A stretch of DNA of 64,000 nucleotides from Limnohabitans sp. (lineage in GTDB: Bacteria > Pseudomonadota > Gammaproteobacteria > Burkholderiales > Burkholderiaceae_C), in contig DAIQOH010000001.1 of the NCBI GenBank assembly GCA_036787995.1, positions 40,329 to 104,328 of the forward strand, read 5' to 3'. A program made the position numbers and the translations under genes. Of the stretch, positions 33,361-45,170 are shown one piece after another; position 1 is the stretch's first letter, and every line of letters begins with the position of its first letter. The notes below the pieces were generated by a model. It searched no databases and was not told the origin of the DNA. It saw only the letters and a list, made by a program, of their open reading frames with translations.

Positions 33361-34614
33361 TTGTATCAGCATATCAAGCTGCCCGCCCAGGGCGAAAAAA
33401 TCACCGTCAATAAAGACATGTCCTTAAATGTCCCTTTGCATCCCATCATTCCTTACATTGAGGGTGACGGAACTGGGTTGGATATCACGCCTGTCATGTT
33501 GAAAGTGGTCGATGCTGCTGTTGCCAAAGCTTATGGCGGCAAGCGACAAATCCATTGGATGGAGGTGTACGCGGGTGAAAAATCCACTCAAATTTACGGT
33601 CCTGATGTGTGGCTTCCCGAGGAAACTTTGGCAGTTTTGAAAGAATATGTGGTTTCTATCAAAGGTCCGCTCACCACCCCCGTGGGCGGTGGCATTCGCT
33701 CGCTCAACGTGGCGCTGCGCCAAGAACTCGACCTGTACGTTTGTCTGCGCCCCGTTCAGTATTTCAAAGGCGTACCTTCTCCCTTGAAAGAGCCCGAGAA
33801 GACCAACATGGTCATCTTCCGCGAGAACTCCGAAGACATTTACGCTGGCATTGAGTACGAAGCCGAAAGCGACAAGGCCAAAAAACTCATCAAATTTTTG
33901 ATTGATGAAATGGGCGTCACCAAAATCCGCTTCCCCAACACCTCGGGTATTGGTATCAAGCCTGTTTCGCGTGAAGGTACCGAGCGTTTGGTGCGAAAAG
34001 CCATTCAATACGCCATCGACAACGACAAGCCCAACGTGACCATTGTTCACAAAGGCAACATCATGAAGTACACCGAAGGTGGTTTCCGTGATTGGGCTTA
34101 CGCTCTGGCTCAAAAAGAATTTGGCGCGCAACTCATTGACGGCGGGCCCTGGTGCAAATTTAAAAACCCCAAAACTGGGAAAGAAATCATTGTCAAGGAC
34201 AGCATTGCAGACGCGTTTTTGCAGCAAATTTTGTTGCGCCCTGCAGAGTACAGCGTGATTGCCACCCTGAACTTGAACGGTGACTACGTGTCTGACGCCT
34301 TGGCCGCCCAAGTAGGGGGTATTGGCATTGCGCCTGGCGCCAATTTGTCGGATTCCGTGGCCTGCTTTGAAGCAACCCACGGCACCGCACCCAAATACGC
34401 GGGCAAAGACTATGTCAATCCTGGCTCGGAAATATTGTCTGCAGAAATGATGCTTCGCCACATGGGTTGGGTCGAAGCTGCAGACCTGATCATCTCATCG
34501 ATGGAAAAATCTATTCTTAGCAAAAAAGTTACCTATGACTTTGCTCGCTTGATGGATGGTGCTACCCAAGTCAGTTGCTCAGGCTTTGGTCAAGTGATGA
34601 TTGACCACATGTAA
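33361..34614 (+). CDS. icd: NADP-dependent isocitrate dehydrogenase (TTG start)
   Basis: [56 protein letters not shown]. Confidence 0.97.
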   Translation: MYQHIKLPAQGEKITVNKDMSLNVPLHPIIPYIEGDGTGLDITPVMLKVVDAAVAKAYGGKRQIHWMEVYAGEKSTQIYGPDVWLPEETLAVLKEYVVSIKGPLTTPVGGGIRSLNVALRQELDLYVCLRPVQYFKGVPSPLKEPEKTNMVIFRENSEDIYAGIEYEAESDKAKKLIKFLIDEMGVTKIRFPNTSGIGIKPVSREGTERLVRKAIQYAIDNDKPNVTIVHKGNIMKYTEGGFRDWAYALAQKEFGAQLIDGGPWCKFKNPKTGKEIIVKDSIADAFLQQILLRPAEYSVIATLNLNGDYVSDALAAQVGGIGIAPGANLSDSVACFEATHGTAPKYAGKDYVNPGSEILSAEMMLRHMGWVEAADLIISSMEKSILSKKVTYDFARLMDGATQVSCSGFGQVMIDHM

Positions 34615-34633
34615 AGGGTATCAACCCCCTCAT

Positions 34634-34942
34634 TCAGGCGTTTTGGCTTATCAAATTGGCTCTGAATTGAGGGGTTCTGAGACGAGAAGGCCGGGCGCTG
34701 ATCTCAGGTACTCGCTTATTGTCTGTATCGGCAGGTGCGGCAATCACTTTGATGTTTTTCGCCATCCATCCTCGTGGGCCTTGGATGGGTTCGTACATGA
34801 CGCTGGCACCTTGCTGCAGTGTTTTGAACCCCACCATGTCTACCTGGCTGAAATGGGCAAAAACGTCTTGCCCAATTTCTGAAGATTCAATAAAACCAAA
34901 TCCCTTGTGGTTGTTAAACCATTTGACAATGCCAAAAGCCAT
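34634..34942 (-). CDS. Cold-shock domain protein, CspD-like
   Basis: GIVKWFNNHKGFGFI, DVFAHFS; icd-cspD-clpS-clpA synteny. Confidence 0.85.
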   Translation of the reverse strand: MAFGIVKWFNNHKGFGFIESSEIGQDVFAHFSQVDMVGFKTLQQGASVMYEPIQGPRGWMAKNIKVIAAPADTDNKRVPEISARPSRLRTPQFRANLISQNA

Positions 34943-35107
34943 GGCGTGCTCCCTTTTCATCACGTGACATATTTCTAAATGAATACTTTAAAATTAGTAT
35001 ACAGTTTATTGGCTTTGTAAAGTAATTTATATGAATTCTTTTTGTCTCGGTTCTGGGCCCTTTTTTATATCTATAGGCAGCCTAGACAGCATCGATAGAA
35101 TAAGCGC

Positions 35108-35455
35108 ATGTCTACAGCACCTCCCAAACCGGCTATCCCTTTAACAAACCCTGCGGACGGTGATTCCGTTGTCTTAGAACGTCGCACCCAGCGTACCCAA
35201 CCCCCACAGATGTACCAAGTTGTCATGCTCAATGACGATTTCACCCCCATGGAATTTGTTGTTAGGGTTTTGCAGGAGTTTTTTGGGAAAGACCGCGAAG
35301 CGGCAACCCAAATCATGCTCAAAATTCATTTGGATGGCAAAGGCGTCTGCGGTGTTTATTCCAAAGATGTGGCTGCCAGCAAAGTGGATCAGGTGCAAGA
35401 CGCTGCGCATCAAGCCGGACACCCCCTGCAAGCTTTGCTTGAACCCGTTGAATAA
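35108..35455 (+). CDS. clpS: ATP-dependent Clp protease adaptor ClpS
   Basis: [21 protein letters not shown]. Confidence 0.96.
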   Translation: MSTAPPKPAIPLTNPADGDSVVLERRTQRTQPPQMYQVVMLNDDFTPMEFVVRVLQEFFGKDREAATQIMLKIHLDGKGVCGVYSKDVAASKVDQVQDAAHQAGHPLQALLEPVE

Positions 35456-35512
35456 TGGCCGAACGTTTCCATATACAGTTGAACCTACACAAAGACCGCA
35501 CAAGGAATTCCC

Positions 35513-37840
35513 ATGATTGCCCAAGAACTTGAAGTCAGCTTACACATGGCCTTTGTTGAGGCCAGGCAACAACGGCATGAATTCATCACGGTCGAACATC
35601 TTTTGTTGGCCTTGCTTGACAACCCCAGCGCAGCAGAAGTGCTGAGGGCTTGTTCTGCCAACATAGATGATTTGCGTAAATCACTCTCCAACTTCATCAA
35701 AGACAACACACCTCAAGTGGCGGGTACCGACGAGGTTGATACACAACCCACTCTGGGTTTCCAGCGGGTCATACAGCGCGCCATCATGCATGTTCAATCT
35801 ACAGGCAATGGTAAAAAAGAGGTGACGGGTGCCAATGTATTGGTGGCCATCTTCGGTGAAAAAGACTCTCATGCGGTGTATTACCTCCACCAGCAAGGTG
35901 TGACTCGTTTAGATGTGGTCAATTTCATTGCGCATGGCATCAAGAAAAACGACCCGCAAGAACCCACCAAGAGTGCCGAATCTTCACCCACTGAAAACGA
36001 AGAGTCCAGTGAAAAATCGGACAAAGCATCACCGCTTGAGCAGTTCACACAAAACTTGAACCAATTGGCCAAGGATGGAAAGATTGATCCTTTGATTGGT
36101 CGAGAGTATGAAGTCGAGCGCGTCATTCAAATTTTGTGTCGTCGTCGGAAAAACAACCCGCTTTTAGTAGGCGAGGCGGGCGTAGGTAAAACGGCGATTG
36201 CCGAGGGTTTGGCTTGGCGTATCACGCAAAAAGATGTGCCTGAAATCTTGGCTGAATCGCAGGTCTATTCATTGGACATGGGCGCTTTGCTTGCAGGCAC
36301 AAAATACCGTGGTGACTTTGAGCAACGCCTCAAAGGTGTTTTGAAGTCTTTGAAAGACAAACCCAATGCCGTGTTGTTCATCGATGAAATTCATACGTTA
36401 ATCGGCGCTGGTGCGGCTTCCGGTGGCACTTTGGACGCTTCCAATTTACTCAAACCTGCGCTCAGTTCTGGGCAACTCAAGTGCATAGGAGCAACGACGT
36501 TTACCGAGTACCGCGGTATCTTTGAGAAAGATGCGGCCCTCTCTCGCCGCTTCCAAAAAGTGGATGTGGTTGAACCCACTGTCGAGCAAACCGTGGATAT
36601 TCTCAAAGGCTTGAAGTCCCGCTTTGAAGAGCACCACAGTGTCAAGTATGCGGTTGCGGCATTGCAAGCGGCCGCAGAACTCAGCGCCAAATACATCAAT
36701 GATCGCCATTTGCCTGACAAAGCCATTGATGTCATCGATGAAGCCGGTGCTGCACAACGCATCTTGCCCGTGTCCAAGCGTAAAAAGACCATCAGCAAAA
36801 CGGAAATTGAAGACATTGTTGCCAAGATCGCGCGTATTCCACCTGCCAGTGTTTCCAACGATGACCGGGGTAAGCTTCAAACATTGGAACGTGATTTGAA
36901 AAGCGTGGTTTTCGGACAAGACAAGGCTTTGGAAGTTTTGGCCTCAGCCGTCAAAATGGCGCGTTCAGGCCTAGGCAAAGCAGACAAGCCCATTGGCTCC
37001 TTCTTGTTCAGCGGTCCGACCGGCGTTGGTAAAACGGAAGCAGCTAAACAACTTGCGTACATCTTGGGCATCGAGTTAATCCGTTTCGATATGTCTGAGT
37101 ACATGGAGCGTCACGCAGTGAGTCGCCTGATTGGCGCCCCTCCAGGTTACGTGGGCTTTGACCAAGGCGGCTTGCTAACAGAAGCAGTTACCAAAAAACC
37201 CCATTCAGTGCTTCTGTTAGACGAAATTGAAAAGGCGCATCCTGATATCTTTAATGTGCTTCTCCAAGTGATGGACCATGGCACCTTGACAGATAACAAT
37301 GGCCGTAAGGCCGACTTCCGCAACGTCATCATCATCATGACAACCAATGCGGGTGCTGAAACCATGAACAAATCTACCATCGGTTTTACCAATGCACGTG
37401 AAGCGGGTGATGAGTTGGCAGACATCAAGCGTTTGTTCACACCTGAATTCCGTAACCGCTTGGATGCGACGGTGAGCTTCAAAGCACTCGATGAAGTTGT
37501 CATCATGCGTGTCGTTGATAAATTCTTGCTTCAACTTGAAACCCAATTGGCAGAGAAGAAAGTCGATGTCACCTTCACGGATGTACTGCGCAAATTTTTG
37601 GCTAAAAAAGGTTTTGATCCGCTCATGGGCGCGCGTCCCATGCAGCGCTTGATCCAAGACATGATTCGCCGTGCTTTGGCAGATGAGTTGTTGTTTGGAC
37701 GCTTAACAGACGGTGGACGCTTGACCGTTGACCTCGACGATAAAGAAGAAGTCTTGCTCGATATCCAGCCTCTTCCTAAAAAGGAAAGCCGCGCCTCCAA
37801 ATCTGAGCCAGCTGAGCCCGAAGAAGCTGAGGCAGGTTAA
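35513..37840 (+). CDS. clpA: ATP-dependent Clp protease ATP-binding subunit ClpA
   Basis: Two AAA+ modules ([16 protein letters not shown]), PTLGFQRV, follows clpS. Confidence 0.97.
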   Translation: MIAQELEVSLHMAFVEARQQRHEFITVEHLLLALLDNPSAAEVLRACSANIDDLRKSLSNFIKDNTPQVAGTDEVDTQPTLGFQRVIQRAIMHVQSTGNGKKEVTGANVLVAIFGEKDSHAVYYLHQQGVTRLDVVNFIAHGIKKNDPQEPTKSAESSPTENEESSEKSDKASPLEQFTQNLNQLAKDGKIDPLIGREYEVERVIQILCRRRKNNPLLVGEAGVGKTAIAEGLAWRITQKDVPEILAESQVYSLDMGALLAGTKYRGDFEQRLKGVLKSLKDKPNAVLFIDEIHTLIGAGAASGGTLDASNLLKPALSSGQLKCIGATTFTEYRGIFEKDAALSRRFQKVDVVEPTVEQTVDILKGLKSRFEEHHSVKYAVAALQAAAELSAKYINDRHLPDKAIDVIDEAGAAQRILPVSKRKKTISKTEIEDIVAKIARIPPASVSNDDRGKLQTLERDLKSVVFGQDKALEVLASAVKMARSGLGKADKPIGSFLFSGPTGVGKTEAAKQLAYILGIELIRFDMSEYMERHAVSRLIGAPPGYVGFDQGGLLTEAVTKKPHSVLLLDEIEKAHPDIFNVLLQVMDHGTLTDNNGRKADFRNVIIIMTTNAGAETMNKSTIGFTNAREAGDELADIKRLFTPEFRNRLDATVSFKALDEVVIMRVVDKFLLQLETQLAEKKVDVTFTDVLRKFLAKKGFDPLMGARPMQRLIQDMIRRALADELLFGRLTDGGRLTVDLDDKEEVLLDIQPLPKKESRASKSEPAEPEEAEAG

Positions 37841-37843
37841 ACC

Positions 37844-38563
37844 GTGGCTGGACATAGCAAGTGGGCCAACATACAGCACCGCAAGGGTCGGCAGGATGAA
37901 AAACGCGGCAAAGTTTGGACCCGTGTCATTCGTGAAATCATGGTGGCTGCCCGTACGGGTGGTGCTGACCTGAGTGCCAACCCCCGTTTGCGTTTGGCTA
38001 TTGAAAAGGCCAAGGCTGCCAATATGCCTGCTGACACCATTAAACGCAATATCGACAAGGCCACTGGCAACTTAGAAGGTGTGCATTACGAAGAAATTCG
38101 TTATGAAGGCTATGGTGTAGGGGGCGTGGCTTTGATTGTTGACACCATGACAGATAACAAAGTTCGCACAGTCGCCGAGGTTCGACATGCTTTGAGCAAA
38201 CACGGCGGCAACTTAGGAACCGAGGGCTCTGTGGCTTTTCAATTCAAGCATTGTGGCCAATTGATTTTGGCCCCTGGTACTTCGGAAGACGCCGTCATGG
38301 AAGCTGCATTAGATGCGGGTGCCGAAGACGTCTTGGTCGATGAAGATGGTGCGGTTGAGGTCTTAACCCCTCCCACCGCTTTTGAGTCTGTCAAAGCGGC
38401 GCTTGACGCGGCAGGCCTTCAGGCAGGCATGGCTGAGGTCACTTATCGGCCAGAGGTGACTATCGATTTGAGTGATGATGACCGATTAAAAATGCAAAAA
38501 ATCATTGATGCCCTTGAAGAACTTGACGATGTTCAAGAGGTTTTTCATAACGCTACATTATGA
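37844..38563 (+). CDS. YebC/PmpR family protein
   Basis: [40 protein letters not shown]. Confidence 0.95.
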   Translation: MAGHSKWANIQHRKGRQDEKRGKVWTRVIREIMVAARTGGADLSANPRLRLAIEKAKAANMPADTIKRNIDKATGNLEGVHYEEIRYEGYGVGGVALIVDTMTDNKVRTVAEVRHALSKHGGNLGTEGSVAFQFKHCGQLILAPGTSEDAVMEAALDAGAEDVLVDEDGAVEVLTPPTAFESVKAALDAAGLQAGMAEVTYRPEVTIDLSDDDRLKMQKIIDALEELDDVQEVFHNATL

Positions 38564-39846
38564 AAATACTGATGGTTGGTGGTGGCGGTCGTGAACATGC
38601 GCTTGCATGGAAACTTAACCAATCGCCACTTGTTCAACGCATTTATGTGGCACCGGGCAATGGCGGTACCGCAGCACACAAAGATTTTGATAACTTACCC
38701 CTGACAGATAAAGTCGCTTTGCGCGAATGGGCTCAAGCGAACAGTATTGATTTAACTGTGGTGGGCCCAGAAGCGCCATTGGCTGTTGGATTGGTTGATG
38801 AGTTTCGACATCATGGTTTACGCATTTTTGGTCCAACGCAAGCCGCTGCGCAACTTGAAAGCTCTAAGGCTTTTTCCAAAGCTTTCATGCTTAAACATGG
38901 TATTCCCACTGCCGACTACCAAGTGTTTGAAGATACCGAATCAGCGCACACCTATGTGAACGCCAAAGGTGCTCCCATCGTAATCAAAGCGGACGGTTTG
39001 GCTGCTGGCAAAGGGGTTGTGGTTGCCATGGACCTGCAGCAAGCCCATGAAGCGATTGACCACATATTGGCCAGTGCTGCCGGTTTTCAACACAACCACG
39101 GCGTTGCCCGTGTTGTGATTGAAGAATTTTTAGATGGTGAAGAAGCCAGCTTCATGGTGGTTGCCCATGGTTTAACCGCCGTGACTTTAGCCACCTCACA
39201 AGACCACAAACGTTTGCTAGACGCTGATCTAGGTCCCAATACTGGCGGCATGGGTGCTTATTCACCGGCGCCCGTGGTCACGCCTGAAATTCACGCCAAA
39301 GTGATGCGCGAAGTGATTCACCCCACTTTGAAAGGCATGCAACAAGAAGGCATTCCTTATTCTGGTTTTTTGTATGCTGGTTTGATGATTGGTCGTGATG
39401 GCAAACTCAAGGTGCTTGAGTTCAATTGCCGAATGGGTGACCCCGAAACCCAACCCATCATGATGCGATTGAAAAGTGATTTGGTTGAATTGTTATGGGC
39501 CGCTACCGATGCCAATACACAAACCCTGGCAAACATCGATTTGCAATGGGACAGGCGTTGTGCCTTGGGTGTAGTTATCGCGGCTGCAAATTACCCAAAC
39601 ACCCCAGAAACAGGACAAGAAATCCATGGCCTATCTCATGACAGCGATGAAGCCATGGTGTTTCATGCAGGCACAGTGATGAAAGATGGCAAGGTGTTGA
39701 CCAGCGGAGGCCGTGTGCTCTGTGTCACTGCGCTTGGTGATACTGTTAAACAAGCACAATCCAATGCTTATATCCTTGCCGATAAACTGCATTTCAAAGG
39801 CATGCAAATGCGACGCGATATTGGCTTTCGCGCCATTCGTCGTTGA
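38560..39846 (+). CDS. purD: Phosphoribosylamine--glycine ligase
   Basis: [45 protein letters not shown]. Confidence 0.97.
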   Translation: MKILMVGGGGREHALAWKLNQSPLVQRIYVAPGNGGTAAHKDFDNLPLTDKVALREWAQANSIDLTVVGPEAPLAVGLVDEFRHHGLRIFGPTQAAAQLESSKAFSKAFMLKHGIPTADYQVFEDTESAHTYVNAKGAPIVIKADGLAAGKGVVVAMDLQQAHEAIDHILASAAGFQHNHGVARVVIEEFLDGEEASFMVVAHGLTAVTLATSQDHKRLLDADLGPNTGGMGAYSPAPVVTPEIHAKVMREVIHPTLKGMQQEGIPYSGFLYAGLMIGRDGKLKVLEFNCRMGDPETQPIMMRLKSDLVELLWAATDANTQTLANIDLQWDRRCALGVVIAAANYPNTPETGQEIHGLSHDSDEAMVFHAGTVMKDGKVLTSGGRVLCVTALGDTVKQAQSNAYILADKLHFKGMQMRRDIGFRAIRR

Positions 39847-39879
39847 TGCTTACCCCAGTTCTTACTTCGCAATACCCAT

Positions 39880-40803
39880 ATGAACCCCTCTTTTGAGCCG
39901 ATCCGAAACTATTTACTTGGCTTGCAAAAGCGAATCACGTCTGCCATCAGCGAAATAGATGGTCAAACTTTTCTGAGGGACAAATGGGAAAAACCTTCAG
40001 GTGAAACCTTGCAAGGTGACGGGATCACCCAAATTTTGGAAAACGGACGTGTGTTTGAAAGGGCTGGTTGTGGTTTTTCGCATGTTCGCGGCCCGAAATT
40101 GCCACCTTCAGCAACCCAGCATCGTCCCGAGCTCAGTGGTTCTGCATTTGAAGCCATGGGGGTGTCTTTGGTTTTTCATCCTCGCAACCCCTATGTTCCT
40201 ACCGTTCATTTGAATGTACGGGCTTTGCTCGCTAAGCCTGTTTCTGGCCCTGCGATTGCGTGGTTTGGTGGCGGTATGGACTTAACGCCTTACTATGGTT
40301 TTGACGAAGATGCTCGACATTTCCATACGGAATGCAAAAAATCTCTTGATGTTTTTGATATTTCATACTATCCACGGTTTAAAAAATGGTGCGATGAATA
40401 TTTCTTTTTGAAACACCGTAATGAGCCGCGTGGCGTAGGTGGCATTTTCTTTGATGATTTTGAAGAACTGGGGTTTGAGCAAAGCTTTGCCATGATGCAA
40501 AGCGTGGGCAATGCTTTTAACCAAGCGTATTTACCCATCGTGACCCAGCGCATGGATACACCATATGGCGAGCGAGAGCGCAACCACCAGCTCTACCGTC
40601 GTGGGCGCTATGTTGAATTCAATTTGGTATGGGACAGAGGAACCCACTTTGGTCTTCAATCTGGTGGGCGTACAGAATCCATTCTGATGTCCATGCCACC
40701 CATGGTGAGTTGGTCTTACCAGCAAAAACCAGAACCTGGATCGGCAGAAGAAAAGCTGTACACCCACTTTTTGGTTCCGCAAGATTGGGCGCAAAGCGCT
40801 TGA
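39880..40803 (+). CDS. hemF: Oxygen-dependent coproporphyrinogen III oxidase
   Basis: [45 protein letters not shown]. Confidence 0.97.
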   Translation: MNPSFEPIRNYLLGLQKRITSAISEIDGQTFLRDKWEKPSGETLQGDGITQILENGRVFERAGCGFSHVRGPKLPPSATQHRPELSGSAFEAMGVSLVFHPRNPYVPTVHLNVRALLAKPVSGPAIAWFGGGMDLTPYYGFDEDARHFHTECKKSLDVFDISYYPRFKKWCDEYFFLKHRNEPRGVGGIFFDDFEELGFEQSFAMMQSVGNAFNQAYLPIVTQRMDTPYGERERNHQLYRRGRYVEFNLVWDRGTHFGLQSGGRTESILMSMPPMVSWSYQQKPEPGSAEEKLYTHFLVPQDWAQSA

Positions 40804-41423
40804 CTCGATCACAGCACATTGGCATGTTTGGCGGAGCTTTTGATCCGCCGCATCTGGCACACCAAGCCATAGCCCAAGCGGCTATTACCCAACTTCAGCT
40901 AGATCTTCTCTACATTGTTCCTACGGGACAAGCCTGGCATAAAACACGATCGCTATCGGATGCTGAACACCGAACAGCAATGGCTCGATTGGCTTTTGAA
41001 GCTTTGCCTTTGACAGTTGTTGACGATTTGGAAACACAGCGAACAGGGCCGAGTTACACCGTAGATACTTTGCTGGAGTTGAACAAGCGCCACCCCCATT
41101 CGCTCTTTTATGTCTTGATTGGCGCTGATCAAGCTGCAAATTTCACCCAATGGCACCAATGGGAAATGATTTTGGATTTGGCCAGACTGGTTGTGGTGCC
41201 AAGACCCACTGCCTCTGAAATCCCTAAAGCTACTGACGAGTGGCACAATCTGCCCTCAGACAGGGTGTTGCGTATCAACATGCCATTGATGAATATCAGC
41301 TCTTCATTGCTTCGTGCGTCTTATGCATTGGGTAATCCAGCATCTGCATTTGTCAGCCCTCATGTTGACAATTACATTCAACAAAACCAACTTTATTTGG
41401 AACCTCATGACCGAAGCCGCTGA
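40800..41423 (+). CDS. nadD: Nicotinate-nucleotide adenylyltransferase
   Basis: [29 protein letters not shown]; probable TTG start at 40800. Confidence 0.93.
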   Translation: MTRSQHIGMFGGAFDPPHLAHQAIAQAAITQLQLDLLYIVPTGQAWHKTRSLSDAEHRTAMARLAFEALPLTVVDDLETQRTGPSYTVDTLLELNKRHPHSLFYVLIGADQAANFTQWHQWEMILDLARLVVVPRPTASEIPKATDEWHNLPSDRVLRINMPLMNISSSLLRASYALGNPASAFVSPHVDNYIQQNQLYLEPHDRSR

Positions 41424-41886
41424 AAAAAAAGACGTTCAAAAACTGCAACGCAGCATTGTCGACAGCTTAGAAGACGTCAAGGCGCAAGACATTGTGGTCT
41501 TCAATACAGAACATTTATCTTCTTTATTCGAGCGCGTGGTGATTGCCAGTGGCACCTCTAATCGGCAAACCAAAGCCTTGGCAGCCAGTGTGCGTGATGG
41601 TGTGCGCGAAGCGGGTTTTGCCAAACCCCGCATTGAAGGCGAAGATAACGGCGAATGGATCATTGTTGATTGTGGTGCTGTGGTGGTTCACATCATGCAA
41701 CCCGCCATTCGCACTTACTACCATCTAGAGGAAATTTGGGGCGAAAAACCTGTACGCATCAAACTTGGTTCTCCTAAACCTGTGGCTGAAAAATCTGTGG
41801 CTGTGGCAAAGCCTGCTGCCAAGAAAATTCCTGCAAAAAAAACCTCGCCTGCCAAAAAAAGTACCGCTTCTTCCAACAAAAAATGA
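41407..41886 (+). CDS. rsfS: Ribosome silencing factor RsfS
   Basis: [34 protein letters not shown]. Confidence 0.94.
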   Translation: MTEAAEKKDVQKLQRSIVDSLEDVKAQDIVVFNTEHLSSLFERVVIASGTSNRQTKALAASVRDGVREAGFAKPRIEGEDNGEWIIVDCGAVVVHIMQPAIRTYYHLEEIWGEKPVRIKLGSPKPVAEKSVAVAKPAAKKIPAKKTSPAKKSTASSNKK

Positions 41887-42350
41887 AACTGTGGGTGGTT
41901 GCCGTAGGACAGCGTCTGCCTGACTGGGCTCAAGTGGCCTGGGATGACTATTACAAACGATTCCCTGCGGAAGCCTGTGTTGGACTTAAAACGGTCAAAG
42001 CAGAGCCACGTGCATCGCGAACCAAGGCGCAAATTTGGGCAGCAGAAAAAAAACGTATCGATGAGGTTCTACCCAAAGACTGTCATAAAGTGTGGCTAGA
42101 TGAACATGGCCAACAGACCACCACCATGGCCTTGTCACAGCGTTGGCAAACTTGGCAAACGCAAGGGCAGGACGTCGCATTCATCATCGGCGGCGCGGAT
42201 GGATTCGACCCACATATTCGCCAAGATGGCAGCACACTGTTGCGATTGTCGGATATGACCTTGCCGCATGCCATGGTCCGGGTGTTATTGATAGAACAAC
42301 TTTACCGATGCTGGTCTATCATGACAAATCATCCCTACCACCGCGAATGA
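41883..42350 (+). CDS. rlmH: 23S rRNA pseudouridine-1915 N3-methyltransferase
   Basis: [37 protein letters not shown]. Confidence 0.96.
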   Translation: MKLWVVAVGQRLPDWAQVAWDDYYKRFPAEACVGLKTVKAEPRASRTKAQIWAAEKKRIDEVLPKDCHKVWLDEHGQQTTTMALSQRWQTWQTQGQDVAFIIGGADGFDPHIRQDGSTLLRLSDMTLPHAMVRVLLIEQLYRCWSIMTNHPYHRE

Positions 42351-42970
42351 ATAGCACCACCTTTGTTTATTTGGCATCACAAAGCCCAAGAAGGCAGGCT
42401 TTGCTGTCGCAAATTGGTGTCTCGTTCAAAGTCTTACTTCCGCATGACGCTGCAAAAGCAGAGGCCTTGGAGGAGGTATTACCCAATGAAACTGCTTTGC
42501 GTTATGTCAAACGTGTTACCCGTTTGAAATTGACAGCTGCGCTTCATCAATTAAGTCTTGGTTCACATAGTAAAGAACCCGTGCTTTGTGCGGATACCAC
42601 GGTTGTGATTGACCAAGAGATTTTGGGTAAACCCCGCGATGAGCAACATGCAGTTCATATGCTGCAGATGCTTGCGGGTAAAACCCATCATGTACTCACT
42701 GCTGTGGCTATCGGTCACAATGGAAAGGTATACACCGCTTTAAGCCGCTCTAGCGTTCAATTTGCACCAATGACATCTGAAGATATTCACTGCTATGTCG
42801 ACAGCCAAGAACCCATGGGTAAAGCGGGTGCTTATGCAGTTCAAGGTTTGGCCAGTGCATTTATTCAAAAAATTTCAGGCAGTTATTCTGGCATCATGGG
42901 TTTACCGCTTTATGAAACCAGTCAACTGCTGAAAAAAATACAGAGTATTTCATGCAACAAGACATCTTAA
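42347..42970 (+). CDS. Maf family nucleotide pyrophosphatase
   Basis: [33 protein letters not shown]. Confidence 0.94.
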   Translation: MNSTTFVYLASQSPRRQALLSQIGVSFKVLLPHDAAKAEALEEVLPNETALRYVKRVTRLKLTAALHQLSLGSHSKEPVLCADTTVVIDQEILGKPRDEQHAVHMLQMLAGKTHHVLTAVAIGHNGKVYTALSRSSVQFAPMTSEDIHCYVDSQEPMGKAGAYAVQGLASAFIQKISGSYSGIMGLPLYETSQLLKKIQSISCNKTS

Positions 42971-44430
42971 TCAACTGGGCTCCCCATGAAAGCCGAGTTG
43001 CCGTGGTGGAAAACGGCGCAGTGCAGGAAGTCCATATTGAACGCTCACTTGAGCGAGGGTTGGTTGGTAATGTGTACCTTGGCAAAGTGGTCAGGGTATT
43101 GCCTGGGATGCAGTCTGCATTTGTGGACATTGGGCTTGAGCGATCAGCTTTTCTCCATGTGGCCGATCTGATGAGCAGTGTCCATGCCAAGCATGCAGAT
43201 CCAGATGCAAGCCCTTCACCTTTGCTACCTATTGAGAAGCAAGTTTTTGAGGGTCAATCAATTTTGGTGCAGGTCATCAAAGACCCTCTGGGGTCCAAAG
43301 GTGCGCGCTTGTCTGCCCAAATCAGTATCGCTGGTCGATTATTGGTTTTTTTACCTCAAGACGACCATATTGGTGTGTCGCAAAAAATTGCGCTGGAACA
43401 AAGACAGGTTCTGCGACAAAGGCTTTCAGCATTGGCGCATCAAAGCGAAGCCAAAGGTGGTTTTATTCTTCGCACCAATGGCGAAGAGGCCACCGACCAA
43501 GAGTTGTCTGAAGACATTTCTTACTTGAGAAAAACGTGGGAACGAATTCGCACTGCCAGTTCCACCCAGTCTGCCAAGACCTTGCTACACCAAGATTTAA
43601 ATCTGTTGCAACGCGTACTGCGAGATTTTGTTACTGAAGAAACCCAGACTATTCGTATCGATTCGCGCGAACAATTTGAAATGTTGATGGCATTTGGTCA
43701 AGAGTTTATGCCCTCGTCTGTCAGTAAATTGATTCATTACAAAGGTGAACGACCGATTTTTGATTTGTTCAATATCGATGAAGATATTCAACTCGCGCTA
43801 GGCCGACGCGTTGAGCTGAAATCGGGTGGCTATTTGATCATTGATCAAACCGAAGCTATGACCACCGTGGATGTCAACACGGGTGGGTTTGTTGGTGCTC
43901 GAAATTTTGATGAAACGATTTTCAAAACCAACCTTGAAGCAGCAGGCGCCATAGCGCGTCAATTGCGACTGCGTAATTTAGGCGGCATGATCGTGATCGA
44001 CTTTATTGACATGCAAAAGTCCGATCACCAATCAGCGGTATTGGGTGAGTTTGCTAAACAACTCGCCAAAGACAGGGTAAAAACGTCGGTCAGTGGTTTC
44101 TCGGCCTTGGGCTTGGTTGAGATGACACGAAAACGCACTCGCGAATCATTGGCGCATTTGCTGTGTCAACCCTGTGAAAGTTGTCATGGTCGCGGCATTG
44201 TGAACACAGCCAGAAGCGTGGCTTACAACATATTACGCGAAATTTTGCGTGAAGCCAGACAATTCAATCCCCAAGAGTTTCGTGTTTTAGCGTCCCCCCC
44301 TGTGATTGAGTTGCTGCAAGAAGAAGAAAACCACCATTTGGCTGGATTGAGCGACTTCATTGGCAAACCTATTTCTCTGAAGATCGAATTGGGTATGGGT
44401 CCCGAAGACTACAACATCGTGTTGTTATGA
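42952..44430 (+). CDS. rng: Ribonuclease G
   Basis: GNVYLGKVVRVLPGMQSAF, TTVDVNTG, RLRNLGGMIVIDFIDM. Confidence 0.96.
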   Translation: MQQDILINWAPHESRVAVVENGAVQEVHIERSLERGLVGNVYLGKVVRVLPGMQSAFVDIGLERSAFLHVADLMSSVHAKHADPDASPSPLLPIEKQVFEGQSILVQVIKDPLGSKGARLSAQISIAGRLLVFLPQDDHIGVSQKIALEQRQVLRQRLSALAHQSEAKGGFILRTNGEEATDQELSEDISYLRKTWERIRTASSTQSAKTLLHQDLNLLQRVLRDFVTEETQTIRIDSREQFEMLMAFGQEFMPSSVSKLIHYKGERPIFDLFNIDEDIQLALGRRVELKSGGYLIIDQTEAMTTVDVNTGGFVGARNFDETIFKTNLEAAGAIARQLRLRNLGGMIVIDFIDMQKSDHQSAVLGEFAKQLAKDRVKTSVSGFSALGLVEMTRKRTRESLAHLLCQPCESCHGRGIVNTARSVAYNILREILREARQFNPQEFRVLASPPVIELLQEEENHHLAGLSDFIGKPISLKIELGMGPEDYNIVLL

Positions 44431-45164
44431 GCGTGCCATACAGCGTTCCTATCTTGACCTACCATCACACGGAAGAACCGCCTTCAAAAGGCTCGCCGAT
44501 GCGCAGTTTGTGGGTGTCACCGACTTCTTTCGCGTCTCAGATGCAATGGCTTCACCGCATCGGCTACCAAGGACTGCATATGAGTGCCTTGATGCCTTAC
44601 TTGAGAGGTGAAAAAAAAGGAAAAGTTGTAGGCATCACCTTAGACGATGGTTACCTTAGCAATTTGACCCATGCACTTCCGGTTCTCAAGCGTTTGGGAT
44701 TCAGTGCCACTTGTTACGCCGTCAGTGGTTTGTTAGGTCAACACAACCAGTGGGATGAAGCACTTGGTATTGTCAAATCCAGCTTGATGAGTTCGCAAGA
44801 TCTCAAAACTTGGGTAGATGCAGGCATGGAAATTGGATCACATACACACCATCATGCCGATTTAACTCTGTTATCTTTGGATGAGGTTCAAAAAGAGTTG
44901 GTGCAAAGCAAAGCAGAATTAGAAAATATTTTGCAACAAGCTGTAACGCAATTTTGTTACCCCTATGGCCATTTTTTGACCCCACATGAAGCCCTGGTTA
45001 GCGAAGCTGGTTATGTGGCTGCAACCACCACAGCACGTGGCAGAGCATGTCACACCGATACTTTGACTGCTCTTCCGCGTATTCCCATAGTCAGATCAAC
45101 GCATACTGCGCAATTTCTTTTGAAAATATTGACGCGCTATGAAGACAGCAAAAGAACGCAATAG
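44427..45164 (+). CDS. Polysaccharide deacetylase (CE4/NodB family)
   Basis: PILTYH, TLDDGY, EIGSHTHHH, FCYPYG. Confidence 0.9.
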   Translation: MSVPYSVPILTYHHTEEPPSKGSPMRSLWVSPTSFASQMQWLHRIGYQGLHMSALMPYLRGEKKGKVVGITLDDGYLSNLTHALPVLKRLGFSATCYAVSGLLGQHNQWDEALGIVKSSLMSSQDLKTWVDAGMEIGSHTHHHADLTLLSLDEVQKELVQSKAELENILQQAVTQFCYPYGHFLTPHEALVSEAGYVAATTTARGRACHTDTLTALPRIPIVRSTHTAQFLLKILTRYEDSKRTQ

Positions 45165-45170
45165 CCTTTC

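Noticed and set aside
33424..34461. 345-aa ORF antisense to icd
   Set aside because: Shadow ORF explained by codon bias of a highly expressed gene.
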